NCBI GenBank assembly: GCA_963800655.1
Contig: CAWDBT010000003.1
Span: 137,008 to 201,007 of the forward strand
DNA length: 64,000 bases
DNA from: Parachlamydiales bacterium
GTDB taxonomy: Bacteria > Chlamydiota > Chlamydiia > Chlamydiales > SM23-39
Reading direction: 5' to 3'
Position 1 is the first letter of the stretch. The number at the start of each line of letters is the position of its first letter. The translations under genes and the position numbers were made by a program. Positions 28,806-38,783 of this stretch are shown one piece after another. The notes under the pieces are model-generated. The model made no database searches. It saw nothing but the letters and a program-made list of their open reading frames with translations, and was not told the DNA's origin.

Positions 28806-30332
28806 TTAAAGCGGCTTTTCGGGACAAGCCGCATGAAGGGCTTTGCGAAGGTCTTTGAGCGGGCGGGGAAAATGATTTTTTGCAAAGGCGATTTGTTCCG
28901 CTTGCCGCAGATATTTCCAGGCGGCCAGGAAATTAAAGCGCTGAAAATGAATCGCAGAGAGGTAATAGTTCGCCGTCGGATCTTCGGGATGGAGCGAGAT
29001 ATAATGCTCTAAAATAGGAAGCGCTTCCTTTTCTCGGCCGAGCTGCAGATGGGTGATGGCCAAATGAAGCCAGCCTTGGCCGAATTGGGGGAAACGAGCG
29101 GTGATTCCTTCGAGTTTTTTTTGTTTTTCCAGAATCGAGGATCGCGTTTCGTTGACTTCCGAAAAGACGGCCTGAATTCCGGAGCCGTCGACTCTTCCCG
29201 CTAGATAATCCTCGGAGATCGTATCGCGATGAATGGATTCCTCAGGCGTCTTGCCTTGGATTTTTTTCAGCAGCTCGGCGCCGTCCTGGGGGTTTCCCGC
29301 GAGGATATAATTGAATCCAAGAAACATCTGGAGCAAATAATCATTGGGAAGGAAAGCGCGCGCTTTTTCATAGAGCTTGATCGCGGAGTTAGGCACGTTT
29401 CGATGCCAGAAGACGGCCGCCTGGTTCATAAAGGCAAGGCCGATCACTTCCTTGATATTGCGGCGCTGAAGAGATCGCGTCTCAATTCCGAGATACGCTT
29501 CCGAAGGGACGTCGATGCCGCGAGCGGTTGTTTCGATATTGAGAATTTCGGAAGTTTCGGGATCGAAGTAGCGCACATAGATGTGGCCTGGAGGAGTGAT
29601 GACTTCTAGGGCGAGATCGAGGCGTTGAGCTAAGCAAAGATAGAGGATCGAGACCCCCAAGCAAACCCCGCGCCTGCTATCGAGAACCGAAGGCAGCAGC
29701 GTGTACACGTCGATATCTTTGGCCCATAAGGAATGGGGAGGAAAGCGGAAGCGCATCTCTCCAAAAATGCAATCGTTGATAGCTCTGATTTTTTCCAAAG
29801 GAGAGGCTTTTTCGGGCAGGCGGGCTAGGATTTGAAGAGCCATGAGGTCGATATTAGCCTCGTAGCTGCGGATTTTTTTTCGCTCCGCTGGCGTGTCTTC
29901 TTGGAGTTCAGCTAGAAATAATCCGCGCGCGAGATCGATTTCGTGGGGAGGCAATCCCTCCAGTGTTTTGCGATCCCAGAGATCAAATCCTTTGAGGGAT
30001 CGGTTTTTTAAATGTCGGGCGAGGCGTTCGATCGCGGTCAATTGCGCCTCTTCCAAAATGGGAGCTGCGGAAGAGCCGGGAACTCGGTTCACAAATGCGA
30101 TCAGGGGGGCGATTTCGATTGCGGGGAGCAGCGGGCCTCCAGTTTGTCCTGCCTGCAGCAAATCCCATGCGTGGCGCAGAGCCTGTTTGCCGAGCGCGGT
30201 ATCGGGATAGAGCTCGTAAAATGCAAAATGCTGGGTCACCGATGTCGGATCGAGGCCGTTGTAGACGGACTGAAGCGATTCCCGACCGAAAGCGGCGGAA
30301 GCTAAGCATAAGAGAATCAGAATGTTTCTCAA
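28806..30332 (-). CDS. Transglutaminase-like (SirB1-type) plus TPR protein
   Basis: VLDSRRGVCLGVSILY, TPPGHIYVR, NIETT, C-terminal TPR-like helices. Confidence 0.8.
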   Translation of the reverse strand: MRNILILLCLASAAFGRESLQSVYNGLDPTSVTQHFAFYELYPDTALGKQALRHAWDLLQAGQTGGPLLPAIEIAPLIAFVNRVPGSSAAPILEEAQLTAIERLARHLKNRSLKGFDLWDRKTLEGLPPHEIDLARGLFLAELQEDTPAERKKIRSYEANIDLMALQILARLPEKASPLEKIRAINDCIFGEMRFRFPPHSLWAKDIDVYTLLPSVLDSRRGVCLGVSILYLCLAQRLDLALEVITPPGHIYVRYFDPETSEILNIETTARGIDVPSEAYLGIETRSLQRRNIKEVIGLAFMNQAAVFWHRNVPNSAIKLYEKARAFLPNDYLLQMFLGFNYILAGNPQDGAELLKKIQGKTPEESIHRDTISEDYLAGRVDGSGIQAVFSEVNETRSSILEKQKKLEGITARFPQFGQGWLHLAITHLQLGREKEALPILEHYISLHPEDPTANYYLSAIHFQRFNFLAAWKYLRQAEQIAFAKNHFPRPLKDLRKALHAACPEKPL

Positions 30333-30442
30333 AAGATCCCCCGTTGAGTATTCGAGCCGATGACCGCATGATAGAAAGGATCTCGGGCTTGAGTCAAGAA
30401 AGGAAGAAAAAGGGCGGATTCTTTTAGCCGAAAGAGTGTTCT

Positions 30443-30563
30443 AGCGGGTGTTGGTAATTCATGCTTTGTCGAGTTTTTGGGATTATTTTGGCCACTTTTT
30501 GAAAGGGGCAATATCGCCCCTTTGAATAGAGACAAAAAATCGACGGAATTTCTAACACTTGCT
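30443..30563. repeat. MITE-like palindromic element
   Basis: 18-bp terminal inverted repeats with 14/18 match (30443-30460 and 30546-30563), inner GTCGAGTTTTT/AAAAAATCGAC stem, central AAAGGGGC/GCCCCTTT hairpin. Confidence 0.5.
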
Positions 30564-30857
30564 CAATTCAGCTGAATGTTGAATAGATCTTCGAAATAAC
30601 CTGTTCACAATGTTGTTCAGCGATTTAGATGTTCGGTTAAAAATAACAGATGTAACGCGATTTACATCTGGACGTTGAGTGAGGGGATGGTTCGGGGGAA
30701 CGATGAAGCTTTTGATTCTCGGGAGAGGAGTTGGGGAAAACAATTGGCGGTTTTCTTTAGGAACCGCATCGGATTCTTCGCTGTCAGGCAAGAATGTGAG
30801 AATGCTCCATTGACTTTTAAAAGATTCGGAATCTGTTTTGCTACATGAATTGCACAT
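30552..30857 (-). CDS. Small Ser/Pro-rich hypothetical protein (101 aa)
   Basis: AAAGGAG RBS, open frame, low-complexity composition. Confidence 0.6.
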   Translation of the reverse strand: MCNSCSKTDSESFKSQWSILTFLPDSEESDAVPKENRQLFSPTPLPRIKSFIVPPNHPLTQRPDVNRVTSVIFNRTSKSLNNIVNRLFRRSIQHSAELSKC

Positions 30858-31038
30858 AACTGCTCTCCTTTGAAATAAGTTTTGAATTTAGCGGGGAGAA
30901 TCCTAGTTTTTCTGCTCGAATAGACATCTCGAGGCCTCACGGGTTTAATAAGAGCTTCGCTCTCATAAAGGGGTTTAGAATTTTGTCGATATCGCCGCTT
31001 TCAAAGAGAGGCGAAAACATGAAATTGCGAATACCTCC

Positions 31039-31317
31039 TTATATTTTGACAAATGGATGCTCTGATTCGTTTTTCTGGATCTGAGAAAGAGAGGGGAAAC
31101 TTATGGATTGCGTTGGATGAGGCGATGGGGCTGTTCGTTCTGCGAATGAAGGGCCTTGCGAGTTCATCAAAGGCGATTGAGGCGATGCGAGCTCGGAATT
31201 GCGCGGCGAAGTGGTTAGATTTTTCAAAGGAGGAGGGCCATCGAGCTCCCGATGAATGCGTTCTTGCGCAAGCGGCAAGGATTGAGCTGAAGGGAAAGAA
31301 ACAGGGCTGATATTCAT
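31039..31317 (-). CDS. Small Ser/Pro-rich hypothetical protein (92 aa)
   Basis: AGGAGGTG RBS before ATG 31317. TTTACT-17-TAATAT promoter-like sequence upstream. Confidence 0.7.
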   Translation of the reverse strand: MNISPVSFPSAQSLPLAQERIHRELDGPPPLKNLTTSPRNSELASPQSPLMNSQGPSFAERTAPSPHPTQSISFPSLSQIQKNESEHPFVKI

Positions 31318-31439
31318 ATGCACCTCCTATGTGAAAAAGATTTTATATATTAAGGATTCCTTAACGAAAAGTAAAGATGTTTCAAAACAAGGGAAGCGTT
31401 CGTTAGTCCAACGGTCTAAAAAATAGAGATCTTCTGATC

Positions 31440-31658
31440 CTATGATTTCGACGTTGGTTTTGATGGCAGTTCAGCGACTCTTCCCGCGAGATTGGAAGGA
31501 GATAGTGGATCATTTACTGTAGTAAGCGAAGAACGCCTGAGATCTTCCGTGAGATCTTCTATGCGAGCGGGGATCGTAGCTCCAGGATTGTTGATAAAAG
31601 CGGGTTTACGAAGCAGTTCAGCCTCTTGAGGAGATCGTGGAGAAAGGGGATTGGCCAT
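31440..31658 (-). CDS. Small Ser/Pro-rich hypothetical protein (72 aa)
   Basis: GAGGTG RBS before ATG 31658. TTGCAT-16-TATAAT at 31717-31690. Confidence 0.7.
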   Translation of the reverse strand: MANPLSPRSPQEAELLRKPAFINNPGATIPARIEDLTEDLRRSSLTTVNDPLSPSNLAGRVAELPSKPTSKS

Positions 31659-31739
31659 ATACACCTCACTGAATGGTAAGATGGGAATTATTATAAGATT
31701 ATTTTGAAAGAATGCAAAGATTTTGTAAGCAACCCAGGG

Positions 31740-32006
31740 CTATGAACCAGAAAAATTCTCCGGTTTTGGGGCGTCGGGCGTGACTTTATATTTCGCGGGG
31801 AGGGCAATATTTTCGGGGCGATGGTAAGTCCATTTGCGAGAAGGAGGAGACGTTTCGGGTTTTATGCCTGAAGAAGTCGAATTTATAGAAGAGATGCATG
31901 GTTGCTGGGACTTGGAAAGATATCGAATGGATCGAGTAGGAGGGGATAGCGGAGGGTCTAAGCGATCAAAAGCTCTAGAAACAGAAGAAGGAACAGGGTA
32001 AGCCAT
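31740..32006 (-). CDS. Small Ser/Pro-rich hypothetical protein (88 aa)
   Basis: AGGT RBS. TTGATC-17-TATTCT at 32076-32048. Confidence 0.6.
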   Translation of the reverse strand: MAYPVPSSVSRAFDRLDPPLSPPTRSIRYLSKSQQPCISSINSTSSGIKPETSPPSRKWTYHRPENIALPAKYKVTPDAPKPENFSGS

Positions 32007-32139
32007 AAATTACCTAGGGGATTTTCGCGCGCGCTTTTGGGCGTTGTAGAATATTACAGGTCTCTTTTTTGATCAACTTAAGAGGGCTTTAGCAAATCTT
32101 TCGGTTTTTATCGCTAGCGGGGCTTTTCTGAGAAAATAA

Positions 32140-33690
32140 TCAAGATAGAAGCCCGCGGAGTTTTTCCAAAAGCGCGCTGTGTTGAAAGAGCTCTTGGATC
32201 GAGGGTTTTAAACGATAAGTCCAGTTCGAGGGGAGAAGCGTTCCAGGGATGTTGATTCGTTCTTCATCGGCAGACGAGCTGACGAGATCGGGAAAGAGAG
32301 CCAAATATTCCTGGAGAAGATTGATGCAAAATAGACTCGCGCTTTCATGGGAATCGCGCAAGAGTTTTTCTCGCTGTTCTTTTTGAAGTTCGGGGCTATA
32401 GATCCAATGATTGGCCTCGGCCAAGAGCTTGGCTTCTCGAGGCTGGTTTTTCCACCAAAGTTGAAGGGTTTCCGAATCGGGGGTGGAGACCGTTGTGAGG
32501 CTGATTGGATCGAAATCTTTAGGCGGGATGTATCCTCCATCGGAGTGCCAGCGCCTTTCCCATCGCATCACTTTCGTGCCGCAAATCCCGAGGGCATGGA
32601 GCGTGCGTCGGACAAAAGGAGGGATAGTTCCGAGATCTTCTGCAATGGGAAGGAGAGGGGAGGAGTCGATCATGAGTTCTAGCATTTCGCGGCCGCGCAT
32701 TTCCCAAATAGCTGGATTTTCCGGAAGAAATCGCCCTTGCGAGGGTTTTTCTCGATCTCGGATGGCCCAGATGCGAAAAAAACCGACGGCATGATCGATG
32801 CGGTAGAGATGAAATAAAGGCTCGAGGGTTTTTAACCTTATCTTCCACCATGCGAAATCGGTGTGCGCGAGTTCTTGCCGATTAAAGAGAGGAAAGCCCC
32901 AGTGTTGCCCCAAAGGGTTATACATATCGGGAGGCGCGCCAGCCGAATAGCCAGCGTGAAATAAAAGGCGATTGGCCCAGACGTCTGCGCTGTCCGGGCT
33001 GATGAGAATGGGCATATCTCCCATGAGCAAAACATCGCGTGTGGACGCATAGAGTTTGACGCCTGAAAGCTGGCGGAAGGCATGGAATTGGATGTATGAA
33101 TAAAAGTCGATCTCTCGAGCCGATGCTGGACAGGTTTCGGGCGATTGAGCTTCGCGTGGCCACTCTTTCCAGCGAACGGGGTATCGATCTTTACAGGATG
33201 CAAACGCCGCATAGGACCGAAGCCAGGGATGCTCTTTGAGAAATTGAAGATAGTCAAAAGAAGAGCTCAAATCTGAAAAAGTGCGCTCAAAAGAGTGAAA
33301 AAGAGCATCCAGTTTCTTCCGGCGGACCTCTCCATAGGCGAGGCGCGGGAGTTGTTTAAAAGCCGTAAAAGAAACGAGGTCGTCTGGCGCAATGCCGGGG
33401 ATATCTTTGAGGTCGATATAGAGGGGGTTCAGCGCGCAGGAAGAAATGGGGTTATAAGGGCTGGGATCGCTTCCGCTATCGGAGAGGGGGAGCAATTGGA
33501 GGCAGTCGAATCCTACGCGAGCGCACCAGTCGATCAGAAGGCGGATCGATCCGAAATCCCCCGTCCCGCAATCATCGTCGGATCGAAGCGCAGATAGGGG
33601 AAGGCAAATGCCTCGATGAGGCCGTATTTTAACTCGATTCCAGTGCGGCGCGGTTTTTGTCGTTTGGATAAAATCGAAGATCGCCGTCAT
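32140..33690 (-). CDS. malQ: 4-alpha-glucanotransferase
   Basis: QLLPL, SPY, GDMPI, GAPPD, GQHWGFP, RIDHAVGFFR, AEDLG. Confidence 0.95.
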   Translation of the reverse strand: MTAIFDFIQTTKTAPHWNRVKIRPHRGICLPLSALRSDDDCGTGDFGSIRLLIDWCARVGFDCLQLLPLSDSGSDPSPYNPISSCALNPLYIDLKDIPGIAPDDLVSFTAFKQLPRLAYGEVRRKKLDALFHSFERTFSDLSSSFDYLQFLKEHPWLRSYAAFASCKDRYPVRWKEWPREAQSPETCPASAREIDFYSYIQFHAFRQLSGVKLYASTRDVLLMGDMPILISPDSADVWANRLLFHAGYSAGAPPDMYNPLGQHWGFPLFNRQELAHTDFAWWKIRLKTLEPLFHLYRIDHAVGFFRIWAIRDREKPSQGRFLPENPAIWEMRGREMLELMIDSSPLLPIAEDLGTIPPFVRRTLHALGICGTKVMRWERRWHSDGGYIPPKDFDPISLTTVSTPDSETLQLWWKNQPREAKLLAEANHWIYSPELQKEQREKLLRDSHESASLFCINLLQEYLALFPDLVSSSADEERINIPGTLLPSNWTYRLKPSIQELFQHSALLEKLRGLLS

Positions 33691-34145
33691 GGCTTCTGAC
33701 CGAATCCCCTCGGGCGAACTGGCGGGCTGTGGATCGGAGCGGGGCCGAGGCGTCCTTGTTCAAGGGAGTCATGCCAAAGAGTTGCGTAATCGATCAAATT
33801 GGCTACATAGAGGGCGAGGGTTTCTTCCCCGATTTCGAGGACGGGATAAATTTGATGGAGAGTCAGTTGAGAGGTCGCGGCTAGATAGCCGAAGATACCC
33901 GCTCTGGGATCGGGCAGGTTGTTTGCTTTAAGAGCTTCGCAGAAGACATTTTCGCAAAAACGCCCCGGGGCGATCGTATAGACGAATGCGACGGCGAGAA
34001 GCTGTTCCCTTGAGGAATCGAGCTGGAGCTGAACGAGGAATTTTTGATTGATTTTGAATGCGCAAGCCCCATGGCGGTCGACGCGGAGAGATACGTGGAG
34101 TTTTTCGGCCAGCTGGGATAGAATCGTCTCAAAAAGATCGGTCAT
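33687..34145 (-). CDS. scc1: Type III secretion chaperone (CesT/SycE family, Scc1)
   Basis: EALKANN, GIFGY. Sits between copN and malQ as in Chlamydia. Confidence 0.8.
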   Translation of the reverse strand: MTDLFETILSQLAEKLHVSLRVDRHGACAFKINQKFLVQLQLDSSREQLLAVAFVYTIAPGRFCENVFCEALKANNLPDPRAGIFGYLAATSQLTLHQIYPVLEIGEETLALYVANLIDYATLWHDSLEQGRLGPAPIHSPPVRPRGFGQKP

Positions 34146-35323
34146 TTCTTTTTCTTCTTTTTCTGTTTTTCCGCCTGCTCTTTTAGTTCTTCTTCCGCCA
34201 AAATATTCTCGAGTTCGTCCAAAGCTTTGAAAAACGCCTGGAGGACTTCGTCGCGGTGCGAGGGGGATCGGTAGTAGCGAGGGGGGATTTGTTTGATCGC
34301 ATCGCGCATTTGCGTCAAAACGATCATCTGGGCGATCGCTTCATCCGAGATCCCGAGTTTTTTTGCCGATTGCAGAATTTTTTCGGCCGATAGGAAGCGC
34401 TCGCCGATAAGCTTGATGAATTGTTTGGCGAGGGTTTCAAAGTTGATCGATTCGGGCCATACGAGTCGATAGGAAGAAAACTCTTTATTTATGAAACCCA
34501 TGCGGGAACGGAAGAATCGGAAGACTGTCAAAATCCCCTGTAGCGATCGAATGTCATCGACTAGTTTTTTCAGCTGCGCCCGTTCGATCGAGGAGCCTTT
34601 AGCCCTGAGATCTGCGCCGAGGGAGTGCAGCATAAAACGGATCGCGGTCGAGAGTTTTTCGAAGGTAAACCTCGCCGAGAGTTCTTCAAAAAGCTCGATC
34701 GGTTCGCGGAGCGTGCCCGTGATTTCCTTATACAGTTCGCGAAGCGACTTGGCAGAGCCGAGGCCGGATTTGGCGAATTCCCGGGCTTGCGCTCCCATAT
34801 TCCTTCCGGCTTTGATGGAGCGTTCGAACTGGGAGTTGAGCCGTTCTTTTGCTTGGCGGGCGATTTCGGCGATTCTCGGATCGCCGGAGGCCATGAGGAA
34901 TTCGAGTGCTTCGTCGGCCAAAGCCGGTTCCGGATAAAGCTCGAGAACTTTGCGGAGCGCTTCTTCGGGGGAATCGCCGGCGGAGATCCGCGAGCTGAGG
35001 AACAACAGCGTTTTGGCTTGCAGTTCTTCGTTATTGCGCTGAAAACGGGCTGCGACCTCTTCGATTTTTTCGATTTCTTTGACTTTTTTTTCCGTCCGAT
35101 CTTCTTTTTCGGTCCGGCCCGGTTGCCGCCCCGCCTTGAATTCATCGAGCGTGCGGAAACGGCGGAGCATGGCGGCCGGATTGAAGGCTTCCTGTTCGAA
35201 CCATTGTTCCAAATCGCGCTCGCTTTCGACTAGAACGATCTGTTCCTGTTCGGCGGCTTCCCGAAGCATGTGCAGCGCTAGGGCGTTGAGAGGAGATGCG
35301 CCGGAAACTCTGGGATCAGCCAT
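34142..35323 (-). CDS. copN: T3SS gatekeeper SctW/CopN
   Basis: FNPAAM, LADEALEFL, AGRN, LRELY. Located directly after sctV. Confidence 0.88.
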   Translation of the reverse strand: MADPRVSGASPLNALALHMLREAAEQEQIVLVESERDLEQWFEQEAFNPAAMLRRFRTLDEFKAGRQPGRTEKEDRTEKKVKEIEKIEEVAARFQRNNEELQAKTLLFLSSRISAGDSPEEALRKVLELYPEPALADEALEFLMASGDPRIAEIARQAKERLNSQFERSIKAGRNMGAQAREFAKSGLGSAKSLRELYKEITGTLREPIELFEELSARFTFEKLSTAIRFMLHSLGADLRAKGSSIERAQLKKLVDDIRSLQGILTVFRFFRSRMGFINKEFSSYRLVWPESINFETLAKQFIKLIGERFLSAEKILQSAKKLGISDEAIAQMIVLTQMRDAIKQIPPRYYRSPSHRDEVLQAFFKALDELENILAEEELKEQAEKQKKKKKK

Positions 35324-35336
35324 GGGAGCTCTTCGT

Positions 35337-37466
35337 TTAAGTCAACTGTATGCGCGCCAGCGGTTGAAGTCGGATTTCGGGCGAGATTTCCTGGTAGGAA
35401 ATGACCGGCAGATCGGGAAATTCCGATTCGATCAGCTTCCTCACGAACCGCCGCGCATCTCCGGTCGTGATTAAAACGGGCGGCTGTCCGCCTGGAGGGG
35501 CGGGTTTTACCGTAGTGCGCACAGCATGGAGAATCATTTGTACGGAATCGGGATCCAGGGCGAGGAAAGATCCGGCCGAGGTCTGTTTGATCGCGCCGCG
35601 GACCATATCTTCGATTTCAGGATCGATGATGTAAACGGAGAGGATCGATTGGCCTTGCGAATACTTATAGCTGATGTACCGGCGCATCGAGGAGCGGACG
35701 TATTCGGTCAGCATGACGGTGTCTTTCTCGGTTTGAGCCCAATCGCCCAGGGCTTCCAGGATCGTGCGAAGATCTTTGATGGAGATCTGTTCTTGCACAA
35801 GGCGGCGGAAGATTTCCGTGAGTTTTTGCAGGGGAACCAGACCGAGTCACTTCCTTGATCAGGTCGGGGAATGATTTTTCTACGAATTCGAGAATGCCTC
35901 GGATCTCCTGGATGCCGATGAAATCGCTCGCGTGCTGGCGGAAGAATCGGGATAGATGCAGGATCACCACTTCCATGCCGGTCCAAGAGCGGATGCCCGC
36001 TTTCTGCAGAAGAGGCTGGTATTTCTCATCGACCCAAAGCGCAGGCATGCCGAATGAAGTTTTGGCTGTGATAAAGGGGATGTTGAATCGCCGCAGCGTT
36101 TCTTCAGTCTCATTCGTAAGGAGATGCTTTAGGCAAAATTTTGCCACGGATGATCGGGACTTCATTTAGGTGGATGGCGTATTCATCCGCTTCAAGGGAA
36201 GGCGAATCGGTGCGGACGTGCACCCCGGGAAACCGGACGCCGAGATCTTGGTAAAGGGCGTGGCGCATTTTCGGAATCATCTGATCGATGAAAGAAAGCC
36301 CCTGTTTATCTTTGCGGATGATCTGAGAAAGGTTCGCTCCCACCTCAAGGACGACAGGGAGGGTCAGCGCATAGTCTTCGGCTCCGCCCCGCACCATCGC
36401 ATGCCCTTCGACGTCGGTTTCTATCGCGCCGATTCCGGCGGCTGCTTTCGCCGAGATCCGGCGCATATTCGCCTGAACCACATAACCGGTCGTGCCGACG
36501 AGGACTGCGAGGATCAAAAAGGGAATCGTGGGAAACCCAGGGATGACGGCCATGAGGAGAAGGACTACCCCGGAGATCATCAATGCTTTGGGTTGCTTCA
36601 GGAGCTGCTCGGAGATTTCTTTTCCCAAGTGAGCGTCTTTGCGCTCGGAAGAAACCCGGGTCGTCACGATACCGGCCGTAATCGCGATCATGAGGGAGGG
36701 GATTTGGGAGACCAGACCGTCCCCGATGGACAACAGGGAATACATTTTGGCCGATTGCCCCAAGCTCATCCCATGGATCATGACGCCGATGATGAGGCCT
36801 CCGATGATGTTGATGAGGGTGATCACAATGCTCGCGATCGCATCTCCTTTGACGAACTTCATCGCGCCGTCCATGGCTCCATAAAGTTGGCTTTCTTTCG
36901 CCAGCCCTAAGCGAAGCTCGCGGGCTTGCTGCGTATCGATGATTCCGGATCGCAGATCTGCGTCGATACTCATCTGTTTGCCCGGCATGGCATCCAAGGT
37001 AAAGCGAGCTGCGACTTCGGCGACCCGTTCGGCGCCTTTTGTGACGACGATGAACTGGACGATCGTGATGATGAGGAAGATGACGCCCCCGACGACATAA
37101 TTGCCTGCCGACGACGAAGTTTCCGAACGCATAGATGATTTTTCCCGCATTCGCATGTAAGAGGATCTGGCGGGTCGAAGAGATGTTCACCCCGAGTCGA
37201 TAGAGCGTTGTAAGCAAGAGGAGGGAAGGGAAGATCGATAGATGGACGGCTTTTTGGATGTAGATTGCGACAAAGAGCAGCAGGATCGAGACGGTCAGGT
37301 TGATCGAGATCAGCACGTCGATGACATGGGGGGGAACAGGGAAGATGAGCATCATGATGATCGCAATCACGACGACAGCCAGCATGAAGTCGCTGGAACC
37401 TGAGATTCTTCCCAAGGCGCGATCTCCACCCAAGAAGCGGGTCAGTTTTTCGATGAAGTTCTTCAA
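35337..37466 (-). CDS. sctV: T3SS export gate SctV/CdsV (several apparent single-base frameshifts)
   Basis: FIVVTKGAERVAEVAARFTLDAMPGKQMSIDAD, GAMDGAMKFVKGD, QEQISIKDLRTILE, VISYQEI, spread over successive frames. Confidence 0.93.
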
Positions 37467-37481
37467 CCTAAAAGTCCTTTG

Positions 37482-38537
37482 TCAAGATCGGGATTTTCTT
37501 CCAGAGTCTGGATCCATTTGAGGATTTCGGCTACCAGCCTGGTAAGTGTCCTCAGGTATATATTCCGCAATTGTCCCTTTCGTGTACAGTTCTCTTGCTA
37601 AATCCACATTTCGCATGATCGGTATTTTGTTTTCGAGTCCGATTTTGATGATCATCTCTGCGATCGGGCCTTCCCCCATGGTCAAAATCAAAGGAGCCGG
37701 GTCGTTCGGAGGGTCGTATTGGAGGGCCACTGCGATGTGCGTGGGGTTCGTGATGATCGCGCGGGCGCGCCGCGCAGCTCTGGGGCCTTCCTGATAGGCG
37801 ATTTCCCGGAACATTTCCCTCCGCCGGCCTTTGATCATCGGGTCGCCTTCGGTATCTTTGTATTCCTGCTTGATCTCGAATTTTTCCATCTTCATTTCTT
37901 TTGCGAACTGTTTGCGCTGGAAGGCGAGGTCGAATAGCGCGATCGCCAGAAAGAAGATCCCGACCCTGATGGTGGTCTTGAGCAGGAAATCGCTTACGAT
38001 CTCCAAACTGCCGATGATCGGCATGGCGACCGTTGTGATGATCTGAGGGAGGGCGTTCCAGATGATCAGGTAGATAATGATCGCCGCCCCCGTGATCTTG
38101 AAAATGGATTTGAGCAACTCGACGAGGACTTTGAGCTTGAACTTTTGCTTAATTCCTTCGATCGGGTTGAGCTTCTTGAGATCGAATTTCATCGCTTCGA
38201 ATGAAAAGACGGGGCCGATGACCAAGAAATTGACGATTACCCCGATGAACGCGACTAAAATCATAATCGGCAGGCTTGTCTTTAAAATCGTGTAAAGGGA
38301 TTCCACCGAATAGGCGATCAGCAGGCTCTCCAGATTTTTGTTCTCTCCCACCGAGCGGAAGAGTTTCAGCGTAAATCCGCCGATCTGCTCGAATAGATAG
38401 GAGCCGGAAAATAGAACGGTTCCGAGCGATACAATAAACGTGATAGCAGCGGGAAAGTCCTGGGATTTAGCGACCTGTCCTTTTTTTCTCGCATCGCGCA
38501 GTTTCTTCGGGGTCGCTTTTTCGGTCTTTTCTGCCAT
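37482..38537 (-). CDS. sctU: T3SS export switch SctU/CdsU (apparent frameshift near 37540)
   Basis: EKTEKATPKKLRDARKKGQV, EGDP, NPTH autocleavage motif. Confidence 0.95.
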   Translation of the reverse strand: MAEKTEKATPKKLRDARKKGQVAKSQDFPAAITFIVSLGTVLFSGSYLFEQIGGFTLKLFRSVGENKNLESLLIAYSVESLYTILKTSLPIMILVAFIGVIVNFLVIGPVFSFEAMKFDLKKLNPIEGIKQKFKLKVLVELLKSIFKITGAAIIIYLIIWNALPQIITTVAMPIIGSLEIVSDFLLKTTIRVGIFFLAIALFDLAFQRKQFAKEMKMEKFEIKQEYKDTEGDPMIKGRRREMFREIAYQEGPRAARRARAIITNPTHIAVALQYDPPNDPAPLILTMGEGPIAEMIIKIGLENKIPIMRNVDLARELYTKGTIAEYIPEDTYQAGSRNPQMDPDSGRKSRS

Positions 38538-38672
38538 GGAACAACGCTGTGTTAAGCCGCATCACCAATGTAGCGGAGAATTCCCCCAGAGTCAAGCGCC
38601 TATCCGCGAAAGGGAGGGCGCTCAAATATATTGAGTATTCCTCAGCGGCTGCGATATACTCAGGCGCTCAAT

Positions 38673-38745
38673 GTCCTCGTAGCTCAGTGGATAGAGTGGA
38701 AGCCTCCGGAGCTTCAGGCCGCAGGTTCGAATCCTGCCGAGGACG
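38673..38745 (+). tRNA. tRNA-Arg(CCG)
   Basis: Acceptor GTCCTCG/CGAGGAC, anticodon arm GAAGC-CTCCGGA-GCTTC, T-loop GTTCGAATC, CCA not encoded. Confidence 0.95.
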
Positions 38746-38783
38746 ATCTCCTTTGTTTTTCAAGCTCCTGAAAATAAAAGTAT

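Noticed and set aside
28529-28858. 109-aa ORF from the track
   Set aside because: It has no recognisable features and overlaps the convergent gene. The nested 54-aa frame is more protein-like.
32140-38537. malQ embedded in a T3SS operon
   Set aside because: This is a known conserved chlamydial arrangement, not novel.
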